A stretch of 28,859 bases of DNA from a virus (Duplodnaviria > Caudoviricetes), in IMG/VR virus record IMGVR_UViG_3300043416_000141, positions 1-28,859 of that record, one strand, 5' to 3'. The notes under the pieces are model-generated. The model was not told where the DNA came from and made no database searches. It worked only from the letters and a program-made list of their open reading frames with translations. Positions 15,335-23,500 of the stretch are shown in pieces. Position numbers and translations under genes: made by a program. Numbering within the stretch: the first letter of the stretch is position 1; each line of letters opens with the position of its first letter.

Positions 15335-15786
15335 TTGGTCTTCGCCCCCAATTCGAGGTTGTAGTAGGCGCCGGAGGCATCCACACGGCAGGACAGGATG
15401 CGGAGGGTGCGGCCTTGATAGACCAGCGTCCTACCGACCACCGGCCGAGGCTTGCAGAAGGTTAAAGCGATGCGGTCGCTGTTCTCCTGGAGGATGAACA
15501 GGCCGTCCTCCTTGAGCAGCCGGGAAAAGGTCGTGCCCTGGTCGAGCGTGTAGAGTGTCGAATCCATTGAGACCAGGGTGCTGTCGCAGGTCTTCCAGTC
15601 GCTGAACATGACCAGGATCCTCGAGGTCACGTTATCCTGGAACCCACCGGAGATTGGCACGTTGGCATCGTTGACCGCTGCCGGGATGCACCGGATCGAC
15701 GTCCCTTCCCAGATGAACATCGGCGCCCCCAGCATCTGCTGGAGCACCGCCATGCCCTGCTGGAGACTGGATCCGATGGTGGTCAT
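15331..15786 (-). CDS. Head-closure protein (gpFII-like) with an internal insertion
   Basis: C-terminal P..G..L.Y.GRTLRI..V..D...Y.L.L stopper pattern; insertion at about residues 66-109. Confidence 0.6.
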   Translation of the reverse strand: MTTIGSSLQQGMAVLQQMLGAPMFIWEGTSIRCIPAAVNDANVPISGGFQDNVTSRILVMFSDWKTCDSTLVSMDSTLYTLDQGTTFSRLLKEDGLFILQENSDRIALTFCKPRPVVGRTLVYQGRTLRILSCRVDASGAYYNLELGAKTK

Positions 15787-16286
15787 CAGGTGGTGAAGTA
15801 GGTGCCGGAGACTATCAGGCGGCTGGTGGCCTGGAGATTGGCGGCCAAACTGGTGGCAGCTCCTGTCTCGAAGTGCGACAGCTCGAGGTAGCTGGTGCCG
15901 GCGATTAGCCTGGCGATGATGGAGGTCTTAGCCTGGTTGGTGCCGTTGGTCAGCCATACCGCGGCGGCGGCCTCGTAGGTCACGGCATCAGGCAGCGACA
16001 GCCGGAGGTTGCCTGTGGCGGATCCGCTCACCGAGTCGACGGTGACATCCACAGTAAAGGTGGTCACGCATCCGATGGTGGTGTGCCGCGCGGTGTTGGT
16101 GGTGATGGCGAAGGTGCGGCCACCGCCGGAGTCGATGAGGGTCGGCACCCAGGTCGTAGGTGTGACCAACGGCAGGGCGGCATACAGCTCGTCGAAGTTG
16201 TCGTTTATCTTCTCGCCGGCGCCGCGGAGGGTGTCCCCGGTGTTGTCGTTGGCGATGGTGCCGATGTTGATCGTTTGTTGAGCCAT
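15786..16286 (-). CDS. Short fibre with a T4 gp9/gp10-like N-terminal attachment motif
   Basis: QTINIGTIANDNTGDTLRGAGEKINDNFDELY, followed by a fibre-tip-like beta domain (TWVPTL...LRLSLP). Confidence 0.7.
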   Translation of the reverse strand: MAQQTINIGTIANDNTGDTLRGAGEKINDNFDELYAALPLVTPTTWVPTLIDSGGGRTFAITTNTARHTTIGCVTTFTVDVTVDSVSGSATGNLRLSLPDAVTYEAAAAVWLTNGTNQAKTSIIARLIAGTSYLELSHFETGAATSLAANLQATSRLIVSGTYFTT

Positions 16287-16287
16287 A

Positions 16288-16509
16288 TTATTTCTTTGGT
16301 AGGACGTACCAGCCGGCCGGGAGGGTCACTCGGGAAGGCCCGACCAGCTTCTTGTCGGCATCGAAAGCATAGACGCTGGCCTTCACCGGCTTGGCCAGCA
16401 TTACCGGATCACCGCTTGGCACCAGGACCACCCGTGTCATCTGGCAACCCAGGCAGGTTAGCAATGCGATCAACCAGATCGCTCTTGAGGGCCTCGGGAG
16501 CTTTACCAT
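16288..16509 (-). CDS. Lipoprotein, o-spanin-like (73 aa)
   Basis: ATG 16509; basic N-terminus, hydrophobic stretch and CLGC lipobox; starts within the 16409..16582 ORF in another frame. Confidence 0.6.
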   Translation of the reverse strand: MVKLPRPSRAIWLIALLTCLGCQMTRVVLVPSGDPVMLAKPVKASVYAFDADKKLVGPSRVTLPAGWYVLPKK

Positions 16510-16582
16510 GTTGCACATCGGTAGGTGGTGTTTCGCGGAGCCAATCAAGCAGGGCCTTGAGGATCTGGTAGATCCAGTTCAC
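16409..16582 (-). CDS. Small protein, i-spanin-like position (57 aa)
   Basis: Not in the track. GTG 16582 (GTGA overlap) gives MNWIYQILKALLDWLRETPPTDVQHGKAPEALKSDLVDRIANLPGLPDDTGGPGAKR; the N-terminal helix is amphipathic rather than clearly transmembrane. Confidence 0.5.
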   Translation of the reverse strand: MNWIYQILKALLDWLRETPPTDVQHGKAPEALKSDLVDRIANLPGLPDDTGGPGAKR

Positions 16583-16776
16583 GCCTTGGGGTCGATGGCA
16601 GCGGTCTTGTCGGCATCCTTGGCCATGATTAGGCCAATGCCAGCAGTCACCGCTGCGATGGTCGAGGCGATGTCGATGTTGGTCGCAGGGTCACCGTCGA
16701 AGGTAGCCCGTAAGGCACCACCAACAGCAACAAGGATAGCACCTACACCGGCGAGAGTTGTTTTCGTGTTTTTCAT
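16579..16776 (-). CDS. Holin-like two-TM membrane protein (65 aa)
   Basis: KTTLAG start, two hydrophobic segments, AKD charged tail. Confidence 0.65.
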   Translation of the reverse strand: MKNTKTTLAGVGAILVAVGGALRATFDGDPATNIDIASTIAAVTAGIGLIMAKDADKTAAIDPKA

Positions 16777-16943
16777 TTGGATTTAAATAATCGAAACGCT
16801 CCGTAACAGGCGCAAAGTAAGCCAATCACTGCGGTGATAAGCCTTACCCAGTCGGTCAGCACTGGAATAAACGAAACAGCGGTGGCACCTGCCGCTGCCG
16901 CTAGGCTTAGTCCAGGGCTGGTGCTGCTGTTCGTTGGTTCCAT
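16773..16943 (-). CDS. Small membrane protein, holin/antiholin-like (56 aa)
   Basis: Not in the track. MEPTNSSTSPGLSLAAAAGATAVSFIPVLTDWVRLITAVIGLLCACYGAFRLFKSK; TAATG and ATGA overlaps with both neighbours. Confidence 0.65.
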   Translation of the reverse strand: MEPTNSSTSPGLSLAAAAGATAVSFIPVLTDWVRLITAVIGLLCACYGAFRLFKSK

Positions 16944-17125
16944 TACTCGGATTTAGATTGGGATGCTTCAGCAGCTTTGAACTCCGCATCTTGCCTCAAG
17001 AGTTCGTCGATGATCGGCACCGCAGTGCGAGCGACCTCGTAGCCGCTGACCTTGATCGCAACCTGTAGGTTTGCAATCAAAGCATTGGCGGATACGGGAT
17101 CGAGATTGAGGGTCAGCACTTGCAT
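16943..17125 (-). CDS. Small fibre-associated protein / chaperone (60 aa)
   Basis: LTLNL....ANALI..L...P....L pattern; follows the fibre genes. Confidence 0.55.
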   Translation of the reverse strand: MQVLTLNLDPVSANALIANLQVAIKVSGYEVARTAVPIIDELLRQDAEFKAAEASQSKSE

Positions 17126-17130
17126 AGATG

Positions 17131-17592
17131 TCAGTTTGTCGGCTCGGAAGTCTCGACAATAACTTCAGTCTCTGCAACCACAACCGGCTCAGCAACCGGC
17201 TCAACAACCGGCTCTGGGCGCTCGACTTGAGTAGGTACAACCACCTCAACAACCGGCGGCACCCACGGCAACGGCAGCACTTCCGGCTCCTTCGGCGGAT
17301 TGACCTGCCGCTCAACCTGAATAGCGAGGCTACCTTGAATCGCAGCAATCATGTCAGGCCCGAGGTTGTACTGCACCCAACCGATGACGATGTCATTGGT
17401 CAAGTCAGCGTAAGGAATGAACGGCACAGACGGGTCAATCGGCGTGTAGGCGAAGTTGCTGTAGTCTGCCGTGTGGCCTTCGCCATCGTCAGCTAGGACG
17501 GTGTACGAAGCGCGGGTAACGACATCAGTCTCACCGTCGATGACGGGATAGCCGATGAGGTTGGTGGCGGTCCAAGTGTAGGTGATTGGCAT
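17131..17592 (-). CDS. Fibre assembly-like protein with a Pro/Val/Glu-rich tail
   Basis: YTW...FIPYADLT...VIGWV...LPW motif typical downstream of fibre genes. The C-terminal EPVV repeats are encoded by a 12-bp-period repeat at 17181-17214. Confidence 0.6.
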   Translation of the reverse strand: MPITYTWTATNLIGYPVIDGETDVVTRASYTVLADDGEGHTADYSNFAYTPIDPSVPFIPYADLTNDIVIGWVQYNLGPDMIAAIQGSLAIQVERQVNPPKEPEVLPLPWVPPVVEVVVPTQVERPEPVVEPVAEPVVVAETEVIVETSEPTN

Positions 17593-17603
17593 ATTATTAG
17601 AGA

Positions 17604-19097
17604 TTAGACAGCGTACACAGCAATCTTACGAATGGTTCCGTTGAGATTTATTTTTATAAATCCACAAGTGGCTGGAATTACTCCGGTGCTTAATGCGGTA
17701 GCACTAGTGAAGAAGGTGTTTGCTGCTCCGTCCGTTCCGACAAAGTATGTGGATGATCCGATAGATAGCTCGTTTGAAGCTCCGGCTGCACTAGTTACCG
17801 CAACTCGACCGATGCAAATGTTTGAAGATCCGAGAGTTGTAGTATCTCCAGCAGAAACACCAATAAATGTGTTGCTAGAACCTTGAGTCAAACTAAATGC
17901 AGAGGATTGTCCAAGAATTGTGTTGTTATCGCCTGACGTCAAATTATATGCCGAGTTAGTACCAATGCTAGTATTATTTGCGCCAGTAACAATTCCCCAA
18001 CCCATTGTGTTTGCACCAACAGCAGTGTTATTGGCTCCACCCGTAGACAACTGAAGCGCATTCGCACCGATGGCGGTGACTTCCGAAGCGGTGGTAGCAT
18101 TACCAGTATTATAACCCAGAGCGGTGTTGTTTGAGGTGGTGGTTATTGACGCCAACGCACTCCGTCCGACAGCGGTGTTGCCTGTTCCAGTGGTGTTTGC
18201 AACCAATGCGTTAACACCAACAGCGGTAAGATTTGAGACAGTGGCTGCAACTATTGCTTGGAAACCAATGCCTACGTTGTTGTCTCCAGTTAGATTGTTA
18301 TAACCAGCAGCAGCACCAACGTATGTGTTGGTTTGCCCTGTGGTTAGTTTATTTCCAGATTCTCTCCCAAGGGCGACGTTGCTGGCACCACTTGACAGAT
18401 TGGCAAATGTAGACCGCCCAATGCCAATATTGTCGCTTCCAGATAATGTATTTGCAGATGACAATGCAGCATTGCCAACTGCAATATTATAATTTCCAGT
18501 TATTGAACCTGCACCAGACATTGGCGCAGAACCAAGAGCCAGATTTTGTCCACCAGTTGTAATTTTTGCACCAGCATTGATTCCTACGGCAGTATTATAA
18601 TCAGCAGCACCGCTTTGAAGTTCAAGCGCACTTTTTCCAACGGCTGTATTTGAGGATGTAGTGGATGCAGCTAAAGCACTTACACCAACAGCTACATTGC
18701 TGCTGCCAGTCATTGCCGCTGCGCTCAACGCACTAGCTCCAACCGCGACGTTGTTCGCACCAGTCGTCGCCTGATACATCGCTCGATAACCAAGCGCGGT
18801 ATTGCCAGTCGCACCCGCAGTCGTAGCGGCCAACGCCGTTGCGCCAACGCCTGTGCTGGTGCCGTCGTTGAGAAGACCGCGAGTAATCTCGATGTTGGTG
18901 TTAGCGGTTACCTTGCCGGTGACGGTCAATGCTCCACTTGCAGTCGGCGAGGATGAGAGCAGATTGTTGACGCTGATACGTTTGGTCGTACCAGATGCGG
19001 CCATTGTCGTGTCAGAGACATCGACGATCGGAAACATGTCGTTTACCGGATCGGCTGCCGTTAGATTGTCAAGTGCTGTAATTTTAGAGTCTGCCAT
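17604..19097 (-). CDS. Fibre/spike protein with Gly/Asn-rich beta-roll repeats (497 aa)
   Basis: MADSKITAL...TTKRI N-terminus; many ~14-residue N(T/V)A(V/L)G..AL...TTG repeats (YadA-head-like). Confidence 0.8.
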   Translation of the reverse strand: MADSKITALDNLTAADPVNDMFPIVDVSDTTMAASGTTKRISVNNLLSSSPTASGALTVTGKVTANTNIEITRGLLNDGTSTGVGATALAATTAGATGNTALGYRAMYQATTGANNVAVGASALSAAAMTGSSNVAVGVSALAASTTSSNTAVGKSALELQSGAADYNTAVGINAGAKITTGGQNLALGSAPMSGAGSITGNYNIAVGNAALSSANTLSGSDNIGIGRSTFANLSSGASNVALGRESGNKLTTGQTNTYVGAAAGYNNLTGDNNVGIGFQAIVAATVSNLTAVGVNALVANTTGTGNTAVGRSALASITTTSNNTALGYNTGNATTASEVTAIGANALQLSTGGANNTAVGANTMGWGIVTGANNTSIGTNSAYNLTSGDNNTILGQSSAFSLTQGSSNTFIGVSAGDTTTLGSSNICIGRVAVTSAAGASNELSIGSSTYFVGTDGAANTFFTSATALSTGVIPATCGFIKINLNGTIRKIAVYAV

Positions 19098-19100
19098 AGG

Positions 19101-19331
19101 TCAGTTGGATTGGATTGCGAGTTTAAAGAGGTCTTCCTGTTGCAGAAAACCAGCGTCTTCTCGCAACAGAGAATCGAAAGTGCCAAGTGTTATAACCAGC
19201 TTTGAGGTTCCGTCTTCCTGCCACAGGAAGCCCTCGTCTTCCCGCAGAACATCTCGACGTAGCACCGGCGCATCAGTGCCACCGGCTTGACCGGAGAACA
19301 ACCGATTCAGTGCTATGCCGATTGAGATCAT
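19101..19331 (-). CDS. Fibre adaptor-like protein with two LREDxxFLxQED repeats (76 aa)
   Basis: VLREDEGFLWQEDG and LLREDAGFLQQED; directly upstream of the fibre gene. Confidence 0.6.
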   Translation of the reverse strand: MISIGIALNRLFSGQAGGTDAPVLRRDVLREDEGFLWQEDGTSKLVITLGTFDSLLREDAGFLQQEDLFKLAIQSN

Positions 19332-19591
19332 TAGGCTCGAGCGAGGAAAGCCACAACGCTACCGGATGAGATCTGGAATCCAGTGATGTTGCCCACCAGC
19401 GGGAAGCCAGCGGGAATGGTCTTAGAAGTCCAAGTGCCAGATATTCCAAATCCAGTGATGCTGGTAAACACCGTCGGCTCAGTTGGAATCAAGCCAGCCC
19501 AGTTGCCGGTCTGAGCGGCGGTTGTAGTCACCAGCGCGAAGCCTTCTCGGCCCATGCTGTACTCGGTTGAAATGTCTGCTTGAACGGCCAT
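19331..19591 (-). CDS. Head decoration / spike-base-like protein (86 aa)
   Basis: Small jelly-roll-like pattern (TIPAG..L.G.IT...ISSGSVVAF) just downstream of the capsid gene. Confidence 0.5.
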   Translation of the reverse strand: MAVQADISTEYSMGREGFALVTTTAAQTGNWAGLIPTEPTVFTSITGFGISGTWTSKTIPAGFPLVGNITGFQISSGSVVAFLARA

Positions 19592-19606
19592 AAAATTGTT
19601 TTTCGG

Positions 19607-19644
19607 TTAAAGGGGAGGCTGTCAGCGTATCCAACAGCCTCCCC
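19607..19644 (-). terminator. Rho-independent terminator-like hairpin after the capsid operon
   Basis: 11-bp stem GGGGAGGCTGT/ACAGCCTCCCC (19612-19644) followed by a short TTTAA on the minus strand. Confidence 0.65.
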
Positions 19645-19656
19645 AGTTTTGGTTGT

Positions 19657-19833
19657 TTAACCTTTGCGGATCTTCGGTGCCAGACTGCCCTGTATCCACA
19701 GGATCAGTTTGCCTCCTTCGGGAATGGTCGCGGTGTTGAAGGCGGTGCGCTGGAGTGACGCATCGACTTCGGGGCCGGCGACAATCTTAGCCTTGTCGTT
19801 TCGGTCCACCGAGATGGTTGTGGCGATTCTCAT
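19657..19833 (-). CDS. Hypothetical protein downstream of the capsid gene (58 aa)
   Basis: Not in the track. MRIATTISVDRNDKAKIVAGPEVDASLQRTAFNTATIPEGGKLILWIQGSLAPKIRKG fills the gap between the capsid gene and the terminator. Confidence 0.65.
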   Translation of the reverse strand: MRIATTISVDRNDKAKIVAGPEVDASLQRTAFNTATIPEGGKLILWIQGSLAPKIRKG

Positions 19834-19841
19834 GGCTAACC

Positions 19842-21962
19842 TTAAGCGGTGACCAGAACTTCGGCCTGGGTCGTGTCCGCGGCCGCGGCGCCGAACATGA
19901 TGTCGTAAGACGCCATGTGAGCGCGGGAGGCGCGGCTGTACCAGACGGAGAGCAGGCAGCTCAGGCCGTTGGCGGTGGTCACGGCGCGTTGCTCGAGGAA
20001 CTCACCGGCGATCATACCGACCGGGAGGCCGGAGGCGATGGCGATGGCATCAGGGCCGCAGACGAAGCCGGCGGTGTTGGCCTCGGCAGAGGTCCAGCGG
20101 TTGTTCTCGGCGACCACGTCGAAACCGAACCGGCCGTTCGCCAGCAGCTCCAGGCGGCTGTCGGGGAAGGTGTTGCTGGCGGCAGAGAACTGCAGGCGAG
20201 CGATGTGGCCACCGTCCAGGATGAGGTTCTTGCTGCGGTAGTTCTTCGCCAGGGCGAGGATCGCAGGCAGATCCGAGGTGTCGAAGTTGGCAGCGGTGCC
20301 GATAACAGTCGCGGCGCCGTAGTTGCCCGAGACCATGAGCGCGGTCAGCACGTCGCTGATGCCGTAGGCAAACAGGTCGGCGGAACCGGCAGCCAAGTCG
20401 GACAACATGAAGCCCTGGTTAAGCTCCTGCTGGGTTACCGTGAAGTTCTTCGAGATCTGGTTCACGGTGACCGCGGTGGCAGCCAGCGTCGAATCGTTGT
20501 TGGTTTCCCAGGACGTCGGGTTTGTCTGGGCAGCGGTGCCGGTGGTGTACTTCTTGACCTGAACCGAGGCGCGGGGGCGAAGGTTGTCCAGGCCGACGTT
20601 GCGGCTGAAAGCGGAGACCAGGGCCAAACGAGTGGCGGCCACGGTGATCACTGCGTCGGCGAGATAATCGACAACCAGGCCCGAGGCGAACGTGTTGGCG
20701 TTCTGGGGTGCGTGGATGGCGCTCTGGCGCAACAGCTCGGAGTGGTTGGCCACCAAGAACTTGCGGCGGTCATTGCCGGCCTGAAAGCCCTTGTGCTTCT
20801 CGAGCAGTGCATTGCCGAGGTTCTCGATGCGAACCGGGGCGACGGGCTCCGGTGCAGGGGCGGCGGTGATGGTCTTGGCGCTGATGGCAGCGGCCACGGC
20901 CTTGGCTACGATGGCGTCGATGTCGAGGGCGGTCGGCGCACTAGGAGCGGCCGCCACCACGGTGTTGGAATCAGTCATGTTGTGTGGTGTCTGCTGTGAT
21001 GTCGGCGCGGTTGTCGCGCCATCGTCGGCAGCGTTAGTGCTGCCGGTCGAAAGTGTTTTGTCTGTGGTTTCGCCCTCCTCGACTTCGAGCTGGGCATAGA
21101 GTGCCTTGAACCAGTCACGGCCGGCGGCACCTCCCCAGAGGTTGGCAGCCACGTCGGCCGGGGTGTTGGCTTCGGCCTCGAGGAAGCGCTCATTGCGTCC
21201 CCACCAGGCGTTGGCTGTGCGGATCTTGTCCTCGGTGGGCGCCTCACCGGCCACCAGGGCCTCGGCGTCCAGGACGGTTTGCTTCTCGAGGCCATCACCG
21301 GCCAGGCCTTCGGCATACTGCTCGAGGCCTCGCCGGAGGTTGCTTCGGACAGTCTCAGGGGCGGTCTTAGTCACAGCCCGAGGATGCCAGCAGGCGGCCA
21401 TGGCGAGCTGCTCGGTGCATTTGTCGGCCAGTCCAAACTGGATGGCCTCCTGGGCGGTGAACCATGTTTCCGCGGTCATTGCCGCGCGGATCTGAGCTGA
21501 GGTCTTGCCGGTGCGCTTGGTGTAGATGCCGGCCAGGATCTCCGCGTGCTGGTCGAGGGCGTTGGCCATCTTCCGCATATCGTCTGAGGTGCCTGCCACC
21601 ATTCCAGACGGGTCATGGATCATGAACAGCGAGGCCTCGGCCATCTCGATGCTGTCACCTGCCAGGGCTATAATTGAAGCAATCGAGGCGGCGATGCCGA
21701 CCACCCGGGTGGTGACGGGCGCCTGCCGGCCTCGAAGCATATTGTAGATGGCCAGGCCGTCCCAGACGTTACCGCCAGGGCTGTTGATCTCGACCACCAG
21801 GGGGCCGGGGCCGACCTCCTGCATGGCCTGGCTAAATGCCTTGGCCGATACACCGGAGCCACCGAACCAGTCTTCACCGATCTGGTCGAATATCTGGAGC
21901 ACCGCCGGTTCATGGACCGAGGCTCGGGGGCTGTAGGAAAGCCAGTTGGTTACTTTAGTCAT
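19842..21962 (-). CDS. ClpP-type prohead protease fused to an extra helical domain and the HK97-fold major capsid protein (706 aa)
   Basis: INSPGG, GIAASIAS (Ser93), MIHDP (His116) and ETWFTA.EA...GLAD. The C-terminal ~300 aa are capsid-like, ending YDIMFG, and there is no other MCP candidate. Confidence 0.85.
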   Translation of the reverse strand: MTKVTNWLSYSPRASVHEPAVLQIFDQIGEDWFGGSGVSAKAFSQAMQEVGPGPLVVEINSPGGNVWDGLAIYNMLRGRQAPVTTRVVGIAASIASIIALAGDSIEMAEASLFMIHDPSGMVAGTSDDMRKMANALDQHAEILAGIYTKRTGKTSAQIRAAMTAETWFTAQEAIQFGLADKCTEQLAMAACWHPRAVTKTAPETVRSNLRRGLEQYAEGLAGDGLEKQTVLDAEALVAGEAPTEDKIRTANAWWGRNERFLEAEANTPADVAANLWGGAAGRDWFKALYAQLEVEEGETTDKTLSTGSTNAADDGATTAPTSQQTPHNMTDSNTVVAAAPSAPTALDIDAIVAKAVAAAISAKTITAAPAPEPVAPVRIENLGNALLEKHKGFQAGNDRRKFLVANHSELLRQSAIHAPQNANTFASGLVVDYLADAVITVAATRLALVSAFSRNVGLDNLRPRASVQVKKYTTGTAAQTNPTSWETNNDSTLAATAVTVNQISKNFTVTQQELNQGFMLSDLAAGSADLFAYGISDVLTALMVSGNYGAATVIGTAANFDTSDLPAILALAKNYRSKNLILDGGHIARLQFSAASNTFPDSRLELLANGRFGFDVVAENNRWTSAEANTAGFVCGPDAIAIASGLPVGMIAGEFLEQRAVTTANGLSCLLSVWYSRASRAHMASYDIMFGAAAADTTQAEVLVTA

Positions 21963-23500
21963 TCGGTTTTCTTGGCTCTGGTTTTCCGCTTCTTGGGCTC
22001 GATCACCGCAACCACCTCTTCGATGGGCTCGGCCGGGATCGGCTCGGGCATTTCTTCGGAAGGTGGCTGCTCGAGAGCGGCTGCGGCAGGCTCCGGTGCT
22101 ATCGGTTGCTTCTGGGAGCTGGAGATCTCGGAGACGTCCAGGCCGTACTTGACCGCCAGGTCTTGGATGTACCGGGCCTGTTGAGCTTTGGCCTCCAGGG
22201 CGGATCGCCAGTCGATGCCTCGGGCGCCGTAGATCTCGTCGTAGGTCGTAATGCCGGCACCAAGCTCGTTAAGTTGGGCGGCAGAGTTGCGACCGACGTC
22301 GACGTTGGGAGCCCGGGGCGCCTGGATGGCGACCTCGTACCAGTCGTCGGGGCTGTCTCTGAGAGTCGGATCGGTGCGGATGGCGTATTCCATCACATAC
22401 TCCCAGATACGTCGGGCGGCCGAGGCCATCACCTGGTGCCGGCTGCGGAACCACACCGAAGACATATCGAGTGATCCCCGGTAGACGGTGCCCTGCATCG
22501 ACTCTGGAAAGACCAGGACGTAAGGAATACCGACGCCGGCGCACACCTTCTCGGTCAGGCTGCGCCAGTACTCGCGCATATTGACGTTGGGGCGGTCAGC
22601 GGCGAACTGCTCGAACTCGTCGCCGGTCTTGAGCACCTTGACCGAGGCGCCGAAGATGTTTTCGTAGTAGTTCTGGGCGGTTCCCTGGGAACCAGCAACA
22701 CCGGATCGGAGGCTAGTTGCCTGAACCTCGCCGGAGCTGGTCTTGATCACCTGGGCCACGCTCGAGGCCAGCTTGCAGGACTCCATCTCGAGCTTCTGGA
22801 GGTCGTCCAGGTCGTGCAGGTCGTTGATGACGCACGCAACAAAAGGCAGGCCGCGGAGCTGGCCGGCACGTTGGGCCTCGTAGATGTGGACCACCGAGTC
22901 GGATGAGATCGACCGGATGTCGGTGAGCTGTCCCTGCTGCTGCTCCTGTCCGCAATAGAATGAGATGGCCCGACCTGTCTTGGGGTCGAACCGGACGCCA
23001 TCGAACACATCGGGAAGGCCCTCCTGGCCAGCGGGTGTCGACACTTGCTGCGGCTCAATGAGCTGCAATCGGGGCCGGCCGGTCTCGCCCTTGGTCAGGA
23101 GGATAAAACTTTCGCCATCATAGAACCAGCCACGGGCGGCCAGCGACATCAGGGTGCCGAAAGACTGCCGGGATCCGATGTCAGGGTAGCGGCTCCAGGT
23201 GTCCCACCATTTCTTAGCTCGGAGATTCCAGTCGGGATTCGAGGAAGCCGGCTGCACCGAGAAGTTGCTGCCGACGGTGTAATTCTCGAACAGGTCGCCC
23301 AGGCGATTCATCACCGCGTTGTTCTGCTCGAAGAATCGGGACTTTCGGACGATCTGCTGCCGGGTAGAGGCAGTCACATCGAACCGCACCGAGGTGTAGC
23401 TGGTGTCCAGGAAGGACCGTCGGATCGAGTTGGACGCGCCCTCGTAGCGGTCGACAGGTGCCGACCGGAACTTCTGAATGATGGTGTCGAGGAATCCCAT
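21959..23500 (-). CDS. Portal protein, lambda gpB family
   Basis: DGESFI, LQLIEP, DGVRFD..GRA..Y, GQLRGLP, AGVGIPY and VDVGR motifs. Confidence 0.9.
   Translation of the reverse strand: MGFLDTIIQKFRSAPVDRYEGASNSIRRSFLDTSYTSVRFDVTASTRQQIVRKSRFFEQNNAVMNRLGDLFENYTVGSNFSVQPASSNPDWNLRAKKWWDTWSRYPDIGSRQSFGTLMSLAARGWFYDGESFILLTKGETGRPRLQLIEPQQVSTPAGQEGLPDVFDGVRFDPKTGRAISFYCGQEQQQGQLTDIRSISSDSVVHIYEAQRAGQLRGLPFVACVINDLHDLDDLQKLEMESCKLASSVAQVIKTSSGEVQATSLRSGVAGSQGTAQNYYENIFGASVKVLKTGDEFEQFAADRPNVNMREYWRSLTEKVCAGVGIPYVLVFPESMQGTVYRGSLDMSSVWFRSRHQVMASAARRIWEYVMEYAIRTDPTLRDSPDDWYEVAIQAPRAPNVDVGRNSAAQLNELGAGITTYDEIYGARGIDWRSALEAKAQQARYIQDLAVKYGLDVSEISSSQKQPIAPEPAAAALEQPPSEEMPEPIPAEPIEEVVAVIEPKKRKTRAKKTE

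Noticed and set aside
16783-16989. Track ORFs 16783..16989 and 16968..17348, and upstream-extended starts such as 1507, 6469, 7244, 26920 and 28237
   Set aside because: Other frames or downstream starts give 4-nt coupled overlaps and sensible proteins.
17181-17214. 12-bp-period tandem repeat caaccggctc
   Set aside because: In-frame and explained by the EPVV/EPVA low-complexity protein tail.
17604-19097. Diversity-generating retroelement or invertible fibre system
   Set aside because: No reverse transcriptase, invertase or template/variable repeat pair seen.
19818-20999. 393-aa plus-strand ORF and the many other plus-strand ORFs (e.g. 6402..7145, 3397..3915)
   Set aside because: They are antisense shadows of GC-rich minus-strand genes, with no motifs, no coupling and biased composition.
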